From an uncultured Chloroflexia bacterium (GTDB taxonomy: Bacteria; Chloroflexota; Limnocylindria; Limnocylindrales; CSP1-4), in NCBI GenBank assembly GCA_963768655.1, contig CAVYIM010000003.1, positions 717,682-781,681 on the forward strand: a DNA stretch of 64,000 nt, in the 5' to 3' direction. Numbering within the stretch: the stretch's first letter is position 1; every line of letters begins with the position of its first letter. The translations under genes and the position numbers were made by a program. The notes below the pieces were generated by a model. It made no database searches and was not told the DNA's origin. It was given only the letters and a program-made list of their open reading frames with translations. Below, piece after piece: positions 1 to 11,636 of the stretch.

Positions 1-2
1 TG

Positions 3-251
3 CGCAGCTCGTTGCCCGCGTGGGTCCCAGTCGGCATTGGGGCAGGGCTCCTTGCCGAACTGGCAGCTGGGATGTCGGCCTCGACGCTTATGCGGTTCAC
101 CACGGCGGCCAGCATCTGCCTTCTTGTGGGTCTCGTCATTGCAGTGCCGGGCCCGGAATTCAGGTGGCCAATCTTGTCCGTCATCCAGCACCCACGTACA
201 TGGCTCGCCTCTCGCGGCCCGAAGCGGCGGCCTCGGGGCGAACAGGCCTAG
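3..251 (+). CDS. C-terminal fragment of a hydrophobic (membrane) protein; 5' end lies upstream of the window
   Basis: The frame is open from the window edge to TAG at 249-251. The translation 'VPVGIGAGLLAELAAGMSASTLMRFTTAASICLLVGLVIAV' looks like TM helices. Third positions are moderately GC-rich. No family recognised. Confidence 0.3.
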   Translation, partial: RSSLPAWVPVGIGAGLLAELAAGMSASTLMRFTTAASICLLVGLVIAVPGPEFRWPILSVIQHPRTWLASRGPKRRPRGEQA

Positions 252-732
252 CGCGGGTGCATAGGAGACTTGACTGGATCGTCCGTTCAGCCCCTATGAT
301 GCTCATCTGGTGGCTTGCGCGACTCAGTCGGAGACCCTGATCTCTGCGAATTGAAGCGTCGATGCGGACGAGGGAGCGTCGTCCGCGAGGAACTTCACTT
401 CGGGGCGGAATTGCCCGCAGCAAGGACGGAGGAAGTCCGCACTCTCTGTTCGACGGTTCCATGGAGGGCAAAGGAGTTACGGTGGAGAACTGGCTCCCGT
501 GTAGGCGCAGTTGACGACGTAGATGCGACACGACGTCGTCCACCTCGACCGGATTGGCATTGGCCATCGACTTCGGACCCGGTCTGTCCGCGCCATCCCA
601 ACGTCCACGCCTTCGCTACGCTCCGTCGGGGAACCATACGAAGGAACCGTCGCAAGCTCGGTCGTCGAGGCACCCGAAGGGGTCGCGTCTTCACCGATCG
701 AGAATCACGCCCGACCGGTGGAGGAGCGCTAG

Positions 733-1503
733 ATGGGCCCACCGACCATGCCTGCAGTTGTGCCCATCGCAGATCTCCTCATCCATGACGTCGATCCAGA
801 TGAAACCAATTCCTTGCTCTTGAGCTGGCTGTCCAATCCTGGCCCTGGCGCCTACTACGTGTGCACGCCGAACGTGGACTATGTCGTGAGGTCGCGTCGC
901 AATGAGCGTTTTCGCGACGCGATCAACGCGGCCGACTTGCGTGTACCCGACGGGATGTGGATCGTCTACGCGTCTCGACTCGCCGGGCGACCTCTACGCG
1001 CGAGTGTCACCGGCCGTATGTTGCTGCCCCGTCTCGCCGCCCACTGTCGCGACGATAGCCGCAGCGTTGGGATAGTCGGGGCGGCCGAAGGGGTCGCAGC
1101 CAGGGCCGCGGCGCGGCTTGTCGCCCAGTACCCTGGGCTGGTCGTTCGCCATGCCATATCTCCGCCGATGGGCTTCCAAGTGGGGTCCACTGCGGACAGC
1201 GAGATCCTGGCCGCGCTGAAGAAAGACCCTGTCGACCTGCTATTCGTTGCTCTGGGGGCCCCGAAGCAGGAGATCTGGATGCAGGAGCACCGGGACGACC
1301 TGCCCGGGACCGTACTGATCGGGGTGGGCGCAGGCGTCGACATCTTTGCCGGCCGGTTCCGTGAGGCTCCGCGCTGGATGACCAGGGTCGGGCTCGAATG
1401 GCTGTTCCGTCTCGCCCAGGAGCCCCGTCGCCTCGGGCGGCGGTATCTGGTCGACGACCCGTGGATCCTGCTCTGGGCTGTGAGGACGCGTTTCTCCAGG
1501 TAG
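733..1503 (+). CDS. WecG/TagA/CpsF-family (GT26) glycosyltransferase, ManNAc/ManNAcA-transferase type
   Basis: 256-aa ORF with the conserved GT26 blocks: 'YVCTPNVDYVV', 'LRVPDGMWIVYASRLAG', 'LFVALGAPKQEIWM', 'GVGAGVDIFAG' and 'APRWMTRVGLEWLFRLAQEPRRLGRRYL'. Confidence 0.85.
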   Translation: MGPPTMPAVVPIADLLIHDVDPDETNSLLLSWLSNPGPGAYYVCTPNVDYVVRSRRNERFRDAINAADLRVPDGMWIVYASRLAGRPLRASVTGRMLLPRLAAHCRDDSRSVGIVGAAEGVAARAAARLVAQYPGLVVRHAISPPMGFQVGSTADSEILAALKKDPVDLLFVALGAPKQEIWMQEHRDDLPGTVLIGVGAGVDIFAGRFREAPRWMTRVGLEWLFRLAQEPRRLGRRYLVDDPWILLWAVRTRFSR

Positions 1504-1551
1504 TGGGCAATCCGGCGGATGGGCTATCGCCCCGTTCCCCTGACCTTCGGC

Positions 1552-1596
1552 GGCATGGCATGGCGTGGCGTGGCGGGGCGGGGCGCGGTGCGGCGA
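1552..1596. repeat. G-rich pentanucleotide tract (GGCAT)2(GGCGT)2(GGCGG)2 GGCGC GGTGC GGCGA
   Basis: Read directly: nine consecutive 5-nt units, each starting with GG. The tract lies in the convergent gap between the GT26 gene (stop 1503) and the GT4 gene (stop 1665). Confidence 0.9.
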
Positions 1597-1664
1597 TGAC
1601 TCGGCGGCACCGCCAGGGCGCCCCTCGACGTGTGGCGACAGGCGGGTTCCTGCGGATCGACGCC

Positions 1665-2877
1665 CTACGCCGGCAGCTTATCCATCGGCTCGCGCAGTTT
1701 CGCGCGCGGCCTGACCCGCAGCTGGGAATATAGCTCGTCGATCTGGCCTCGGAGGCGCTCGATGTCGTAGTCGGCTGCCCGAGCGCGAAGCTTCGCGGTC
1801 AGTGCGTCGAGATCGCCTTTTCCAGCCTCGAGCAGTGCGCGGATTGAACCCGCCGCCGCATTCGCGTCGCCGAAGTCGACGAGCTGGCCGCTCAGGCCGC
1901 TGCCCAGCAGGAGCTCATGGGCCGGAATCCGGTTGGCAACGAGCGGCACGCCAGCGGCCATCGCCTCCAGAAGTGCCAGCCCGAAGCCTTCGCCCTTGCT
2001 CGGAAATGCCGCAACGGAGGCGGACTTCAGCAGATCCGGCAATTGCTTCTCTGGAAAGCTGAGGAGATACGTCATGCGATCCGGCACTCCCAGGTCGTCG
2101 ACAAAGGACTTGATCCGGGCCAACTCCTCGGAATCGGGCTCGCCCGCAAGCACGAGCGACCATTCCAGGTCGCAGAATCCGACTCAAAGCCCGAACCAGG
2201 TCAGTCAGGGCCTTGTTGGGAACCAACCTGCCGATGGACACGACTCGGCCCGGGATCGGGGTTCGCTCGAGGCTCAGCAGGTTCTTCAGCGGGAGGGCGT
2301 TCGGGTACGTTACGGTCAGGCCGGCAAGGTAGGGTGCGTCCCGCAGCAACAGAACGCGATCGGCGTCACTGCTGGCTACCGTCCGAACACGCCCCAGGCG
2401 CAACAGCGGCCCGAAGTAGAAGCGCATCGCCAGTCGCTTCCACCGGAGGCCGCCGCCCGAATGGAATATCAGGCCACGGGTATGGAAAATGCGCGGCCGG
2501 CGCGCCACGCTGGCGCCAATCGTGGTACTGGCTATGGCGAAGCGAAGATCGTGCATGTGCACGACATCGTTGCGCACTATCTCTCTCCATATTCGATCCG
2601 GCCGGAAGGTGAAAGCGAACTGCGTTGCGCCCCGGCCCGGGAGGCGAATGACCTCAAGACCATCCACGGTTTCGTGCCCTGGGAGGCCCCTGGTTGGTCC
2701 TGTGACATCCCGATCCAGCGTCACGATCGTCACACGACAACCCGCCTCGGCCTGCGCGACTGCCAGGTCGTGGACAGATTTCTCCGTCCCCCCAATCAAA
2801 GGGCGGAACCGCCGGCAGACGTGGAGGACGCGGAGTGGTACCTCGGATTTCGTGGACGGGCCCACAGGCGACGTCAC
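1665..2877 (-). pseudogene. GT4 (group 1) glycosyltransferase interrupted by one frameshift near 2160-2190
   Basis: ORF 1915..3003(-) carries the N-terminal half ('LRVLHVCRRFRPLIGGTEKSVHDLA', 'SIGRLVPNKALTDLVRAL') and then runs into Arg-rich nonsense. ORF 1665..2153(-), in another frame, carries the C-terminal half ('LEWSLVLAGEPDSEE', 'FPSKGEGFGLALLEAMAAGVPLVAN'). Removing one nt near 2186 joins them. The start is probably GTG 2877 or 2865. Confidence 0.75.
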
Positions 2878-3108
2878 GATTCCGAACCACCCGGGCTCGC
2901 TGCCGCCCGGCAGCGCGTCCGAGCTGTGACTGTGGCTGCCATCGACCGGAAGACTGGATCGTGACAGGGGCAACGGGACGCCCAACCGAGATCGTGCATC
3001 CACGTAGTGTATCGATTGACCTGCTCAGGGTGTCGGGCTGAGCTGTTCAACCGGCCACCGACAAGCCAGCGGCTTTGGTAGCATCCCGGGGTGCTGATAG
3101 GAGAGCCC

Positions 3109-4344
3109 ATGGATTCCCAAGCGCCCGCGCTGCCCGCTATCGATATGCCTGCCGACCCCCTCGATCTCGCGGTTGTCGGGGGCGGAGGGCACGTCGGGCT
3201 TCCGTTGAGCCTGGCATTTGCCCAAGCAGGGCTTCGAGTCGGCATCTACGACACGTCCCAGCCAACACTGGACACCATCGCCCAGGGGACGATGCCGTTT
3301 CGCGAGGTCGGCGCGCCCGAGCTGCTCGTGCAGATGCTTGCCGCGGGCCGGTTGGACCTGAGCTCGTCGCCGGCGATGTTGCAGCGAACAGCGAACGTGA
3401 TCCTCGTGGTTGGCACGCCAATCGACGAGTTCATGCATCCTTCCCTGGCCGTCTTCGACAAGGTGGCCGATCAGATTGCACCGCATCTCAACCCGGGGAC
3501 CCTGGTGATCCTTCGAAGCACCGTCTACCCCGGCACTTCACAGTACCTGAGCCAGGCCCTCGCGGTCCGCGGCGCGAAGGTGAGCGTGGCCTTCTGCCCG
3601 GAGAGGATTGCCGAGGGAAACGCCCTCGAAGAGCTGCGCCAGCTTCCGAACATCGTCGGTGCTGACGAAGTTGAGGCCGGCGACCGCACCGAGGCCCTGT
3701 TCGCGCATCTGGCGAGTGCGGTAATCAGAACCACAACTCAGGAAGCGGAGCTAGCCAAGCTGCTCACCAACGCCTGGCGCTATCTGAAGTTCGCCATCGC
3801 GAACCAGTTTCTCGTCATGTCGCACACTGCCGGCATCGACTATGGGCACGTCCTGGAGGCGATGAAGACAGGTTACCCACGCGCCGCCGACGTGCCGGCT
3901 CCTGGCTTCGCCGCAGGTCCGTGCCTTCTCAAGGACACCATGCAACTGGCCGCGCTCGCGACCGACCACTTCGCCCTTGGCCACGCCGCCGTTCAGGCCA
4001 ACGAGGGTCTGCCCGCGTTCGTCGTCGGTGCGCTCAAGAAGCGATACGGCGACCTTCAGGGAAGAACCGTAGGCGTCCTGGGGATGTCGTTCAAGCCGGA
4101 GTCGGACGATGTTCGATCGTCGCTCAGCTACAAGCTTCGCAAGCTCCTGATTTGGACGGGCGCCACCGTCCTCTGCACCGACCCATACGTCCACGACGTG
4201 CGGCTGGTGTCTTTGGAGCGAGTGATGGCAGAGGCCGAGATTCTCGTCCTGGGCGTTCCTCACCGCGCCTACCGAGAGCTCGACCTCACCGGGCGCGAGG
4301 TCGTGGACATCTGGGGGGCGCTGGGACAGGGCGTGCGAGTCTGA
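3109..4344 (+). CDS. nucleotide-sugar dehydrogenase (UDP-glucose/GDP-mannose dehydrogenase family), copy 1
   Basis: Rossmann motif 'AVVGGGGHVGLPLSLAFA', plus 'VVGTPIDE', 'FCPERIAEGNA' and 'GVLGMSFKPESDDVRSS'. AGGAG lies 5 nt upstream of ATG 3109. The ORF itself opens at GTG 3091. Confidence 0.85.
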   Translation: MDSQAPALPAIDMPADPLDLAVVGGGGHVGLPLSLAFAQAGLRVGIYDTSQPTLDTIAQGTMPFREVGAPELLVQMLAAGRLDLSSSPAMLQRTANVILVVGTPIDEFMHPSLAVFDKVADQIAPHLNPGTLVILRSTVYPGTSQYLSQALAVRGAKVSVAFCPERIAEGNALEELRQLPNIVGADEVEAGDRTEALFAHLASAVIRTTTQEAELAKLLTNAWRYLKFAIANQFLVMSHTAGIDYGHVLEAMKTGYPRAADVPAPGFAAGPCLLKDTMQLAALATDHFALGHAAVQANEGLPAFVVGALKKRYGDLQGRTVGVLGMSFKPESDDVRSSLSYKLRKLLIWTGATVLCTDPYVHDVRLVSLERVMAEAEILVLGVPHRAYRELDLTGREVVDIWGALGQGVRV

Positions 4345-4406
4345 CGCTCGCGACCGAGCTCTCGGGCTGTCCCGCTACATCGACCCATCGCAGCACGGCA
4401 GGCGGT

Positions 4407-5861
4407 TCACGACGGAGTGTCGGCGATCTCCCGTAGCCGGCTCCGGGCAGCGAGGGCATTGAGCAGATACGCGCCCTCGAGAATGAAATACACGACCCCG
4501 AAGACCGCGAGGGCGCCCGGGGCGGCAGCGGAGACGGGCAGAGCGGAGCGGGCGAAGAGCGCGGGCACAGTGGCAACGCCGGCCAGGAGCAGGGGCCTGA
4601 CAAGCAGTCGCCCCCTATCGACGTGGCCGATCGCGCGGCGCATGGCTCGCTCGTACAGCAGGAACAAGGCCAAGGAGCTACACAGGAGGCCAGCCACCGC
4701 GCCACCGATGCCCAGCGTCGGCAATGTGACGACATCGATGAGAATCAGGACGATGAGTGAGGCCACGAGCGCGACGAGCCTCGGCATCTGGGCATCGCCG
4801 CCCGTGAGCAGCGTCCCGTACAGATACCCAACAAACCGGAATGGCAACGCCAGCGCGATCCAGGCCATGATCCAGCCGAAGGATGTGACGTCGGGGCCGT
4901 AGGTAACCTGCAGCAGCCAGCTACCGCCCAGCATCATGGCAAACGGTACCGGCACGGACAGAGTGAGCAGGATCTCGATCGCAGGCGCCGTAACCCGCTG
5001 ATTCACGCTGGGGTCCCGGCTCCCTAAGGCCTTCGACACGTCCGGCAGAACGGCTCGGCCGACGGTTGAAGGGAAATACTCGAAGGCGGTGACGAGCCGG
5101 GTCGCGGCGTAGTAGGCGCCGGCGGCAGCCACCGCGCCCGTGGGCAGCAGGACGCCGATCAAGATGGTATCGATCCGTTGGGAAGCGGCCGATGCCATGC
5201 TGAATGCCTCGAAGACCGGCAGCTCGCGGAGTATGGCGCGCACGTCGTCTCGGCGGAACATTCGGAGCGGCCAGCCGAACGCCCACGCCAGCGCAACGAT
5301 GCCGGCCGAGGATATGCACATCACGGCCAGGCCGAGGTCGAACGCAACCGTCGTCGAGACGCCGCGATCGAGAGCGATCCAGATGACGGCGAGCCAAACA
5401 AGGTTCTCCACGGTGCCGTGGATGCCCGCGACCATCATTCGGTTGAACGCGATGAAGACACCGCGCCCCGTGTCGGCCACCTGTTGGACGGCTATGTTCA
5501 GGGCCACGATCATGATCTCCAGCCCTTGCCCCGGAAACGCGTAGGCGACGAAGAGAGCGGCCAACGCGGTCGTCAGGGGAAGCAGGATTGCGCGCAGAGC
5601 CAGCAGCGCTGCGAGGTAGCGGCCCGAACAGTCGGGAGCCCGAGCGATCTCCCGGACCAGCAAAAGGCCCATCGAGGCCTCTGACGCCGCCCCGAGGAGG
5701 GTGCCGACAGTAAGTCCGATCGCTACGGCGCCGAGCTCTTCTGCGCCCCTTTGACGCGCCACGACCGCGAGGACGACCAGGGTGGTGCCCGCGCCGGCGA
5801 GGCGAGCCACGAGAAGCGGCACCGTCTTGCGCGCGACGCCTGCACGCCCCGCGCTAGCCAA
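4407..5861 (-). CDS. Wzx-like polysaccharide flippase (MOP/PST superfamily), copy 1
   Basis: 484-aa ORF that is almost entirely hydrophobic helices. The N-terminus 'KTVPLLVARLAGAGTTLVVLAVVARQRGAEELG' is typical of polysaccharide biosynthesis (Wzx) proteins. TTG start at 5861, exact start uncertain. Confidence 0.75.
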   Translation of the reverse strand: MASAGRAGVARKTVPLLVARLAGAGTTLVVLAVVARQRGAEELGAVAIGLTVGTLLGAASEASMGLLLVREIARAPDCSGRYLAALLALRAILLPLTTALAALFVAYAFPGQGLEIMIVALNIAVQQVADTGRGVFIAFNRMMVAGIHGTVENLVWLAVIWIALDRGVSTTVAFDLGLAVMCISSAGIVALAWAFGWPLRMFRRDDVRAILRELPVFEAFSMASAASQRIDTILIGVLLPTGAVAAAGAYYAATRLVTAFEYFPSTVGRAVLPDVSKALGSRDPSVNQRVTAPAIEILLTLSVPVPFAMMLGGSWLLQVTYGPDVTSFGWIMAWIALALPFRFVGYLYGTLLTGGDAQMPRLVALVASLIVLILIDVVTLPTLGIGGAVAGLLCSSLALFLLYERAMRRAIGHVDRGRLLVRPLLLAGVATVPALFARSALPVSAAAPGALAVFGVVYFILEGAYLLNALAARSRLREIADTPS

Positions 5862-6128
5862 GGCTGATGTACCCGACCTTCGCGTTGCCTCTTCGTACTA
5901 ACACGGGCGACATGGTATCTCAGCTCGGCGAGGCGGATGTGCCTGCCGAGGTACCGGGCGGGTCGGCCAGGTTCGTGCCGACTGAAGCCGGCCGCCGGAC
6001 CGCCGGCCGGCAGCCACGATCGACCAGCTGACCTGGATGTGGCCTACGTCTTCGAGGGTCTTCAGGCTAGCCAGTCCCGGACTAAGGTGCCATTCCTCAG
6101 GAAGGGGCGTGGGGCGTAGATTCGGGTT

Positions 6129-9011
6129 ATGTCCCACATACACACTCGCCTGATTTCCCCCCTGGGTCTATTCGCCGCTCTGGCTCTGGCCGTCGCCTTC
6201 GGCGTGTCCGGTCCTCCCGCCCGGGCCGCAACCACCACCGGCCCAGTGATCTACGTCGACGGCAAACACGGCTCGGACTCCAACAGCGGCACGAGCCTGA
6301 GCAGCGCCCTCAAGACGGTCAGCGCCGGCATGGCTGCGATCCGGCATTCGGGCACGCTCGAGGTCGTCGGCTACACCGACTACGTCTACTACGAGAAGGC
6401 AACCGCCTCGTATTGGGTAGGCGCGAGCGCGGCCGACCCCGCCGTGATCGAAGGCTATGGCTATGGCACGTCGGGCTATGTGCGTCCCATCATCAGCGGC
6501 GCCACGGTCGTGAATGGCCCTGGTTCCACACGTTGGTATCGCCCGAACCCGACGAGCTACCCGGACGTCTGGGCGACTGCCTGGTCCACGGCCATCGAAG
6601 GCTATGAGAGCTCAGTCAACGGGTACATGCAGGAACGGATCTACATGGACACAAGCCAGCCGCTGGGGCGGCCGGCCGTGACGCCCACGCTGGCCCAGCT
6701 GCAGGCCACGCCTGCCTCGGAGTACTGGACCGGGCACATCCTGTACGTGCACCTTGGGCTCTGGGGCGCGACCCTCGCCGACACCAACCCCAATCACCAC
6801 ACCATTGAGATCCCGACCTACAACGGGCTCCTGATCGGGTCTGGCTCCTCTTATGTGACGATCCAGGGTATCGACGTACGCCACGCCCACATCGGGATGG
6901 GGGTAACTGGCACGGCCGACCACGTTACGTTCCAGGACGTCGACGCCAGCTACAACTATCCCATGGGCTTCTTCTCGGCGAGCGGCTACAACGATTTCAT
7001 CGACGTCAGCGGAACCCGCAACACGCTCCAGCTCATCAAGCTCGACGATGGCGCCAATCACAACCTCGTGAACGGCGCCAACGCGACCGAGAACATGGGT
7101 CAGGGGATAAAGCTGACCGGCGCATCGGACGCATACAACACCGTCGAGAACTCAGTCTTCTCGAACGGTCTCTCGATTCCAACCTGGACGCAAGCCTACG
7201 GCGGGAACGCTCAAGGCATTGACGTTGAAGACGGGGCGCATGACAACGTCATTACAAGCAATGTCATCGCGAACAACGAACGCGGTCTGATGCTCTACCA
7301 GACCGCGTCCTCTGAGAAACCGCTGAACAACAACACCATTTCCAGCAACAGGTTCACTGACAATCACTACGCCGTCCTGATATGGGATGGACGCGTGTCG
7401 GCAAGCAGTTCCACCGGACACGTGACTTTCGACAAGAATGTCTACTATGGAAACGTAGAAGCGGTGGAGTGCAATTCTGTAACCAGCTACAAGCTCTTCG
7501 ACCACGAGACGATCTACGACACCGGGCCCGCCAAGACCGTCGACGATAGCGCGTTCCATCTGAAGGCGGGCAGTCTGACTGTCACCAACTCCATCATCTC
7601 GGGGGTCGGCGGCTACGCTTTCTACGCAATCCCACCGGCCAGCGTGCAGGTTTCGACCACGACGGTGGTCGGGACGGGGCTCGGGATTCTGTCGGGCGAC
7701 GTCTCCTGGATCACTCCGCCGGTGAAGACGACTTATGTTCCTTTCGGGCCCGTCCGAGTCCTGGATACTCGATCGGATCTGGGCCTTGCGGGGCCGCTGT
7801 GGAACCGAAATCCGCAGTCGTTCAAGGTGGCCGGCGTGCTGGGTATCCCCTCAAACGCGTTGGCCGTAACAGGCAACCTCACGATAACTGGACCATCGCG
7901 GGGCGGGTACGTCTCGCTCACGGTTGGCAAGACCGCCAGCCCAACGACCTCGACGATCAACTTCCCGGCGGGGGACACCAGGGCGATTGGAGTGACCGTC
8001 CCGCTCGCTAGCAACGGCTCCATCTCCATCGTTTTCGTGAGTTCGACGGGCGCCCGTGTGGAGGCGGTCTTCGACGTCACTGGCTACTTCGTGACTGGAT
8101 CCGGCGCAACGTACCTGCCCGTACCACCGAGCCGCATCCTGGATACGCGAGTTGCGAACAGTCCGATCGGCCGGTTGACGAGCAAGACGCCCGAGACATT
8201 CCAGGTGACCGGTATGGGTGGCGTGCCCGCCGGCGCAGTCGCCGTGACGGGCAACGTGACGGTGACTGATCAGACCAAGGCCGGTTACCTGTCCCTGACG
8301 ACGACACCGGTGCAGACGCCTGGCACTTCGACCATCAACTTCCCTGTCGGCGATGCCCGGGCCAATGGTGTGACTATGCCGCTCGGGCCCGGCGGCACGC
8401 TGTCGGCGACCTACGTGTCCTCGCCGGGGGCGACCGTTGACCTCATCTTCGACGTCAACGGCTACTACACAGCTGGCGCCGGTGGCAACGACTACGTGCC
8501 GATTCCTCCGGGACGGTTGGTCGATACACGGATCGGGGTCGGCATCTCCGGAGCGCTCTCGAGCCGAAGCCCCGAGACTGCCACCATTGCGGGCCGCTAT
8601 CTGTTGCCGACGTCGGCCGGCGCCATCACGGGCAACGTCACCATCGTCGGCCAGACTTCCGGCGGCTACGTCTCGCTCACGGACGTACCCACGGCCAACC
8701 CGACGACTTCGACGATCAACTTCCCGAAGGGGGACATTCGGGCGAATGGTTTCTGTTCGCCACTCGCGAGCGGGACGGGGAAGCTCTCCGCGACGTTTGT
8801 CGGGGCCAAAGGATCGACCACGGCGGTGATCGTCGATGTCACCGGCTACTTCGTTGCGCCCGACGGCAGTCTCGGCCCATCGGACTACACACTCGACCCG
8901 GAGTTCCTGTCCACGGATCCCAATTCGAGCCAGTTCCTTGTGGTTGGGCCAAACTCGCCCGTCTACAACCTTGGCTCCAACGGCAGGGCAATAGGGGCGC
9001 TCTGGATCTAG
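6129..9011 (+). CDS. secreted right-handed beta-helix (PbH1/NosD-like) protein with three C-terminal tandem domains of unknown function
   Basis: Signal peptide 'LGLFAALALAVAFGVSGPPARA'. DUF1565-like entry 'VIYVDGKHGSDSNSGTSLSSALKTV'. Parallel beta-helix repeats ('NLVNGANATEN', 'NTVENSVFSNG', 'NVITSNVIANN', 'NNTISSNRFTDN'). Three ~126-aa repeats follow. Confidence 0.85.
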   Translation: MSHIHTRLISPLGLFAALALAVAFGVSGPPARAATTTGPVIYVDGKHGSDSNSGTSLSSALKTVSAGMAAIRHSGTLEVVGYTDYVYYEKATASYWVGASAADPAVIEGYGYGTSGYVRPIISGATVVNGPGSTRWYRPNPTSYPDVWATAWSTAIEGYESSVNGYMQERIYMDTSQPLGRPAVTPTLAQLQATPASEYWTGHILYVHLGLWGATLADTNPNHHTIEIPTYNGLLIGSGSSYVTIQGIDVRHAHIGMGVTGTADHVTFQDVDASYNYPMGFFSASGYNDFIDVSGTRNTLQLIKLDDGANHNLVNGANATENMGQGIKLTGASDAYNTVENSVFSNGLSIPTWTQAYGGNAQGIDVEDGAHDNVITSNVIANNERGLMLYQTASSEKPLNNNTISSNRFTDNHYAVLIWDGRVSASSSTGHVTFDKNVYYGNVEAVECNSVTSYKLFDHETIYDTGPAKTVDDSAFHLKAGSLTVTNSIISGVGGYAFYAIPPASVQVSTTTVVGTGLGILSGDVSWITPPVKTTYVPFGPVRVLDTRSDLGLAGPLWNRNPQSFKVAGVLGIPSNALAVTGNLTITGPSRGGYVSLTVGKTASPTTSTINFPAGDTRAIGVTVPLASNGSISIVFVSSTGARVEAVFDVTGYFVTGSGATYLPVPPSRILDTRVANSPIGRLTSKTPETFQVTGMGGVPAGAVAVTGNVTVTDQTKAGYLSLTTTPVQTPGTSTINFPVGDARANGVTMPLGPGGTLSATYVSSPGATVDLIFDVNGYYTAGAGGNDYVPIPPGRLVDTRIGVGISGALSSRSPETATIAGRYLLPTSAGAITGNVTIVGQTSGGYVSLTDVPTANPTTSTINFPKGDIRANGFCSPLASGTGKLSATFVGAKGSTTAVIVDVTGYFVAPDGSLGPSDYTLDPEFLSTDPNSSQFLVVGPNSPVYNLGSNGRAIGALWI
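7728..8867 (+). repeat. three in-frame tandem ~126-aa domain repeats (7728-8105, 8106-8486, 8487-8867) inside the beta-helix CDS
   Basis: Each unit has 'Y(V/L)P..P.R(V/I/L)(L/V)DTR', '(A/I)(V/I)TGN(L/V)T(I/V)', 'GGY(V/L)SLT', 'T(S/T)STINFP.GD.RA(N/I)G' and 'D(V)(T/N)GY(F/Y)'. Confidence 0.9.
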
Positions 9012-9040
9012 CTCGGGGCATGCTCGGCCGGCGCGCTCGC

Positions 9041-9057
9041 CCTGTGCATCGCACAGG
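9041..9057 (+). terminator. candidate hairpin downstream of the beta-helix gene
   Basis: CCTGTGC-ATC-GCACAGG, a perfect 7-bp stem, 30 nt after the stop. There is no U-tract, so the call is weak. Confidence 0.25.
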
Positions 9058-9283
9058 CAGCGCGCCATCTCGAGCAAGCCTTCGAGCGCCAAGGCCACAT
9101 ATCGGCTTGGGCGAACAACCCCAGCCAGACGAGTGATCCGCGAGCCCCGGTGCGTTCACGCAGGGCTCGCGGTTGGCCGACCGCATCGAGCCTATACTAC
9201 GGACCGGCCGGTCGGCCAGTTCGCCGGCGCGGCATCCCGTGTCAGGGACACGGTCCGCGTACCGGAAGCGCTGAGGAATCGTC

Positions 9284-11298
<2,015 letters not shown>

Positions 11299-11636
11299 GT
11301 AGAGCGGCGCCAGCCGCCCCACCGAACGGCGCCAACGGACAAGAGCTGCACCCGAGCCTCAGCGGCGAGATCCTGGAGTTGGTCTGCCGGCGTCCTTGCG
11401 ACCCTGAGAGGGCGAGCAACCTGCGAGATCGGCTCGGGGCGACTCGCCATCGTGCCCGGCGCGGCCGTATGGTTGCGGGCCGTCGCACATGTTGTCGCTG
11501 CCCCAATCCGTTCTCGAACCCGCACTTCCGCGTCGCGGCGTGAGATGAGATGGTCGTAGTCCGCTCCTGGGCGCTCAGCTTGGTCCGCCTGATACGCCAT
11601 GGAGGCGAAGACGCTGCCGGTGTCCAGGATCGGTCC

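Noticed and set aside
7851-9098. 415-aa minus-strand ORF (plus the 605-aa plus-strand ORF 53411..55228 and the 542-aa minus-strand ORF 25446..27074)
   Set aside because: All are antisense shadows of strongly supported CDSs: the beta-helix protein, the aminotransferase/ankyrin pair and the WecA/epimerase genes.
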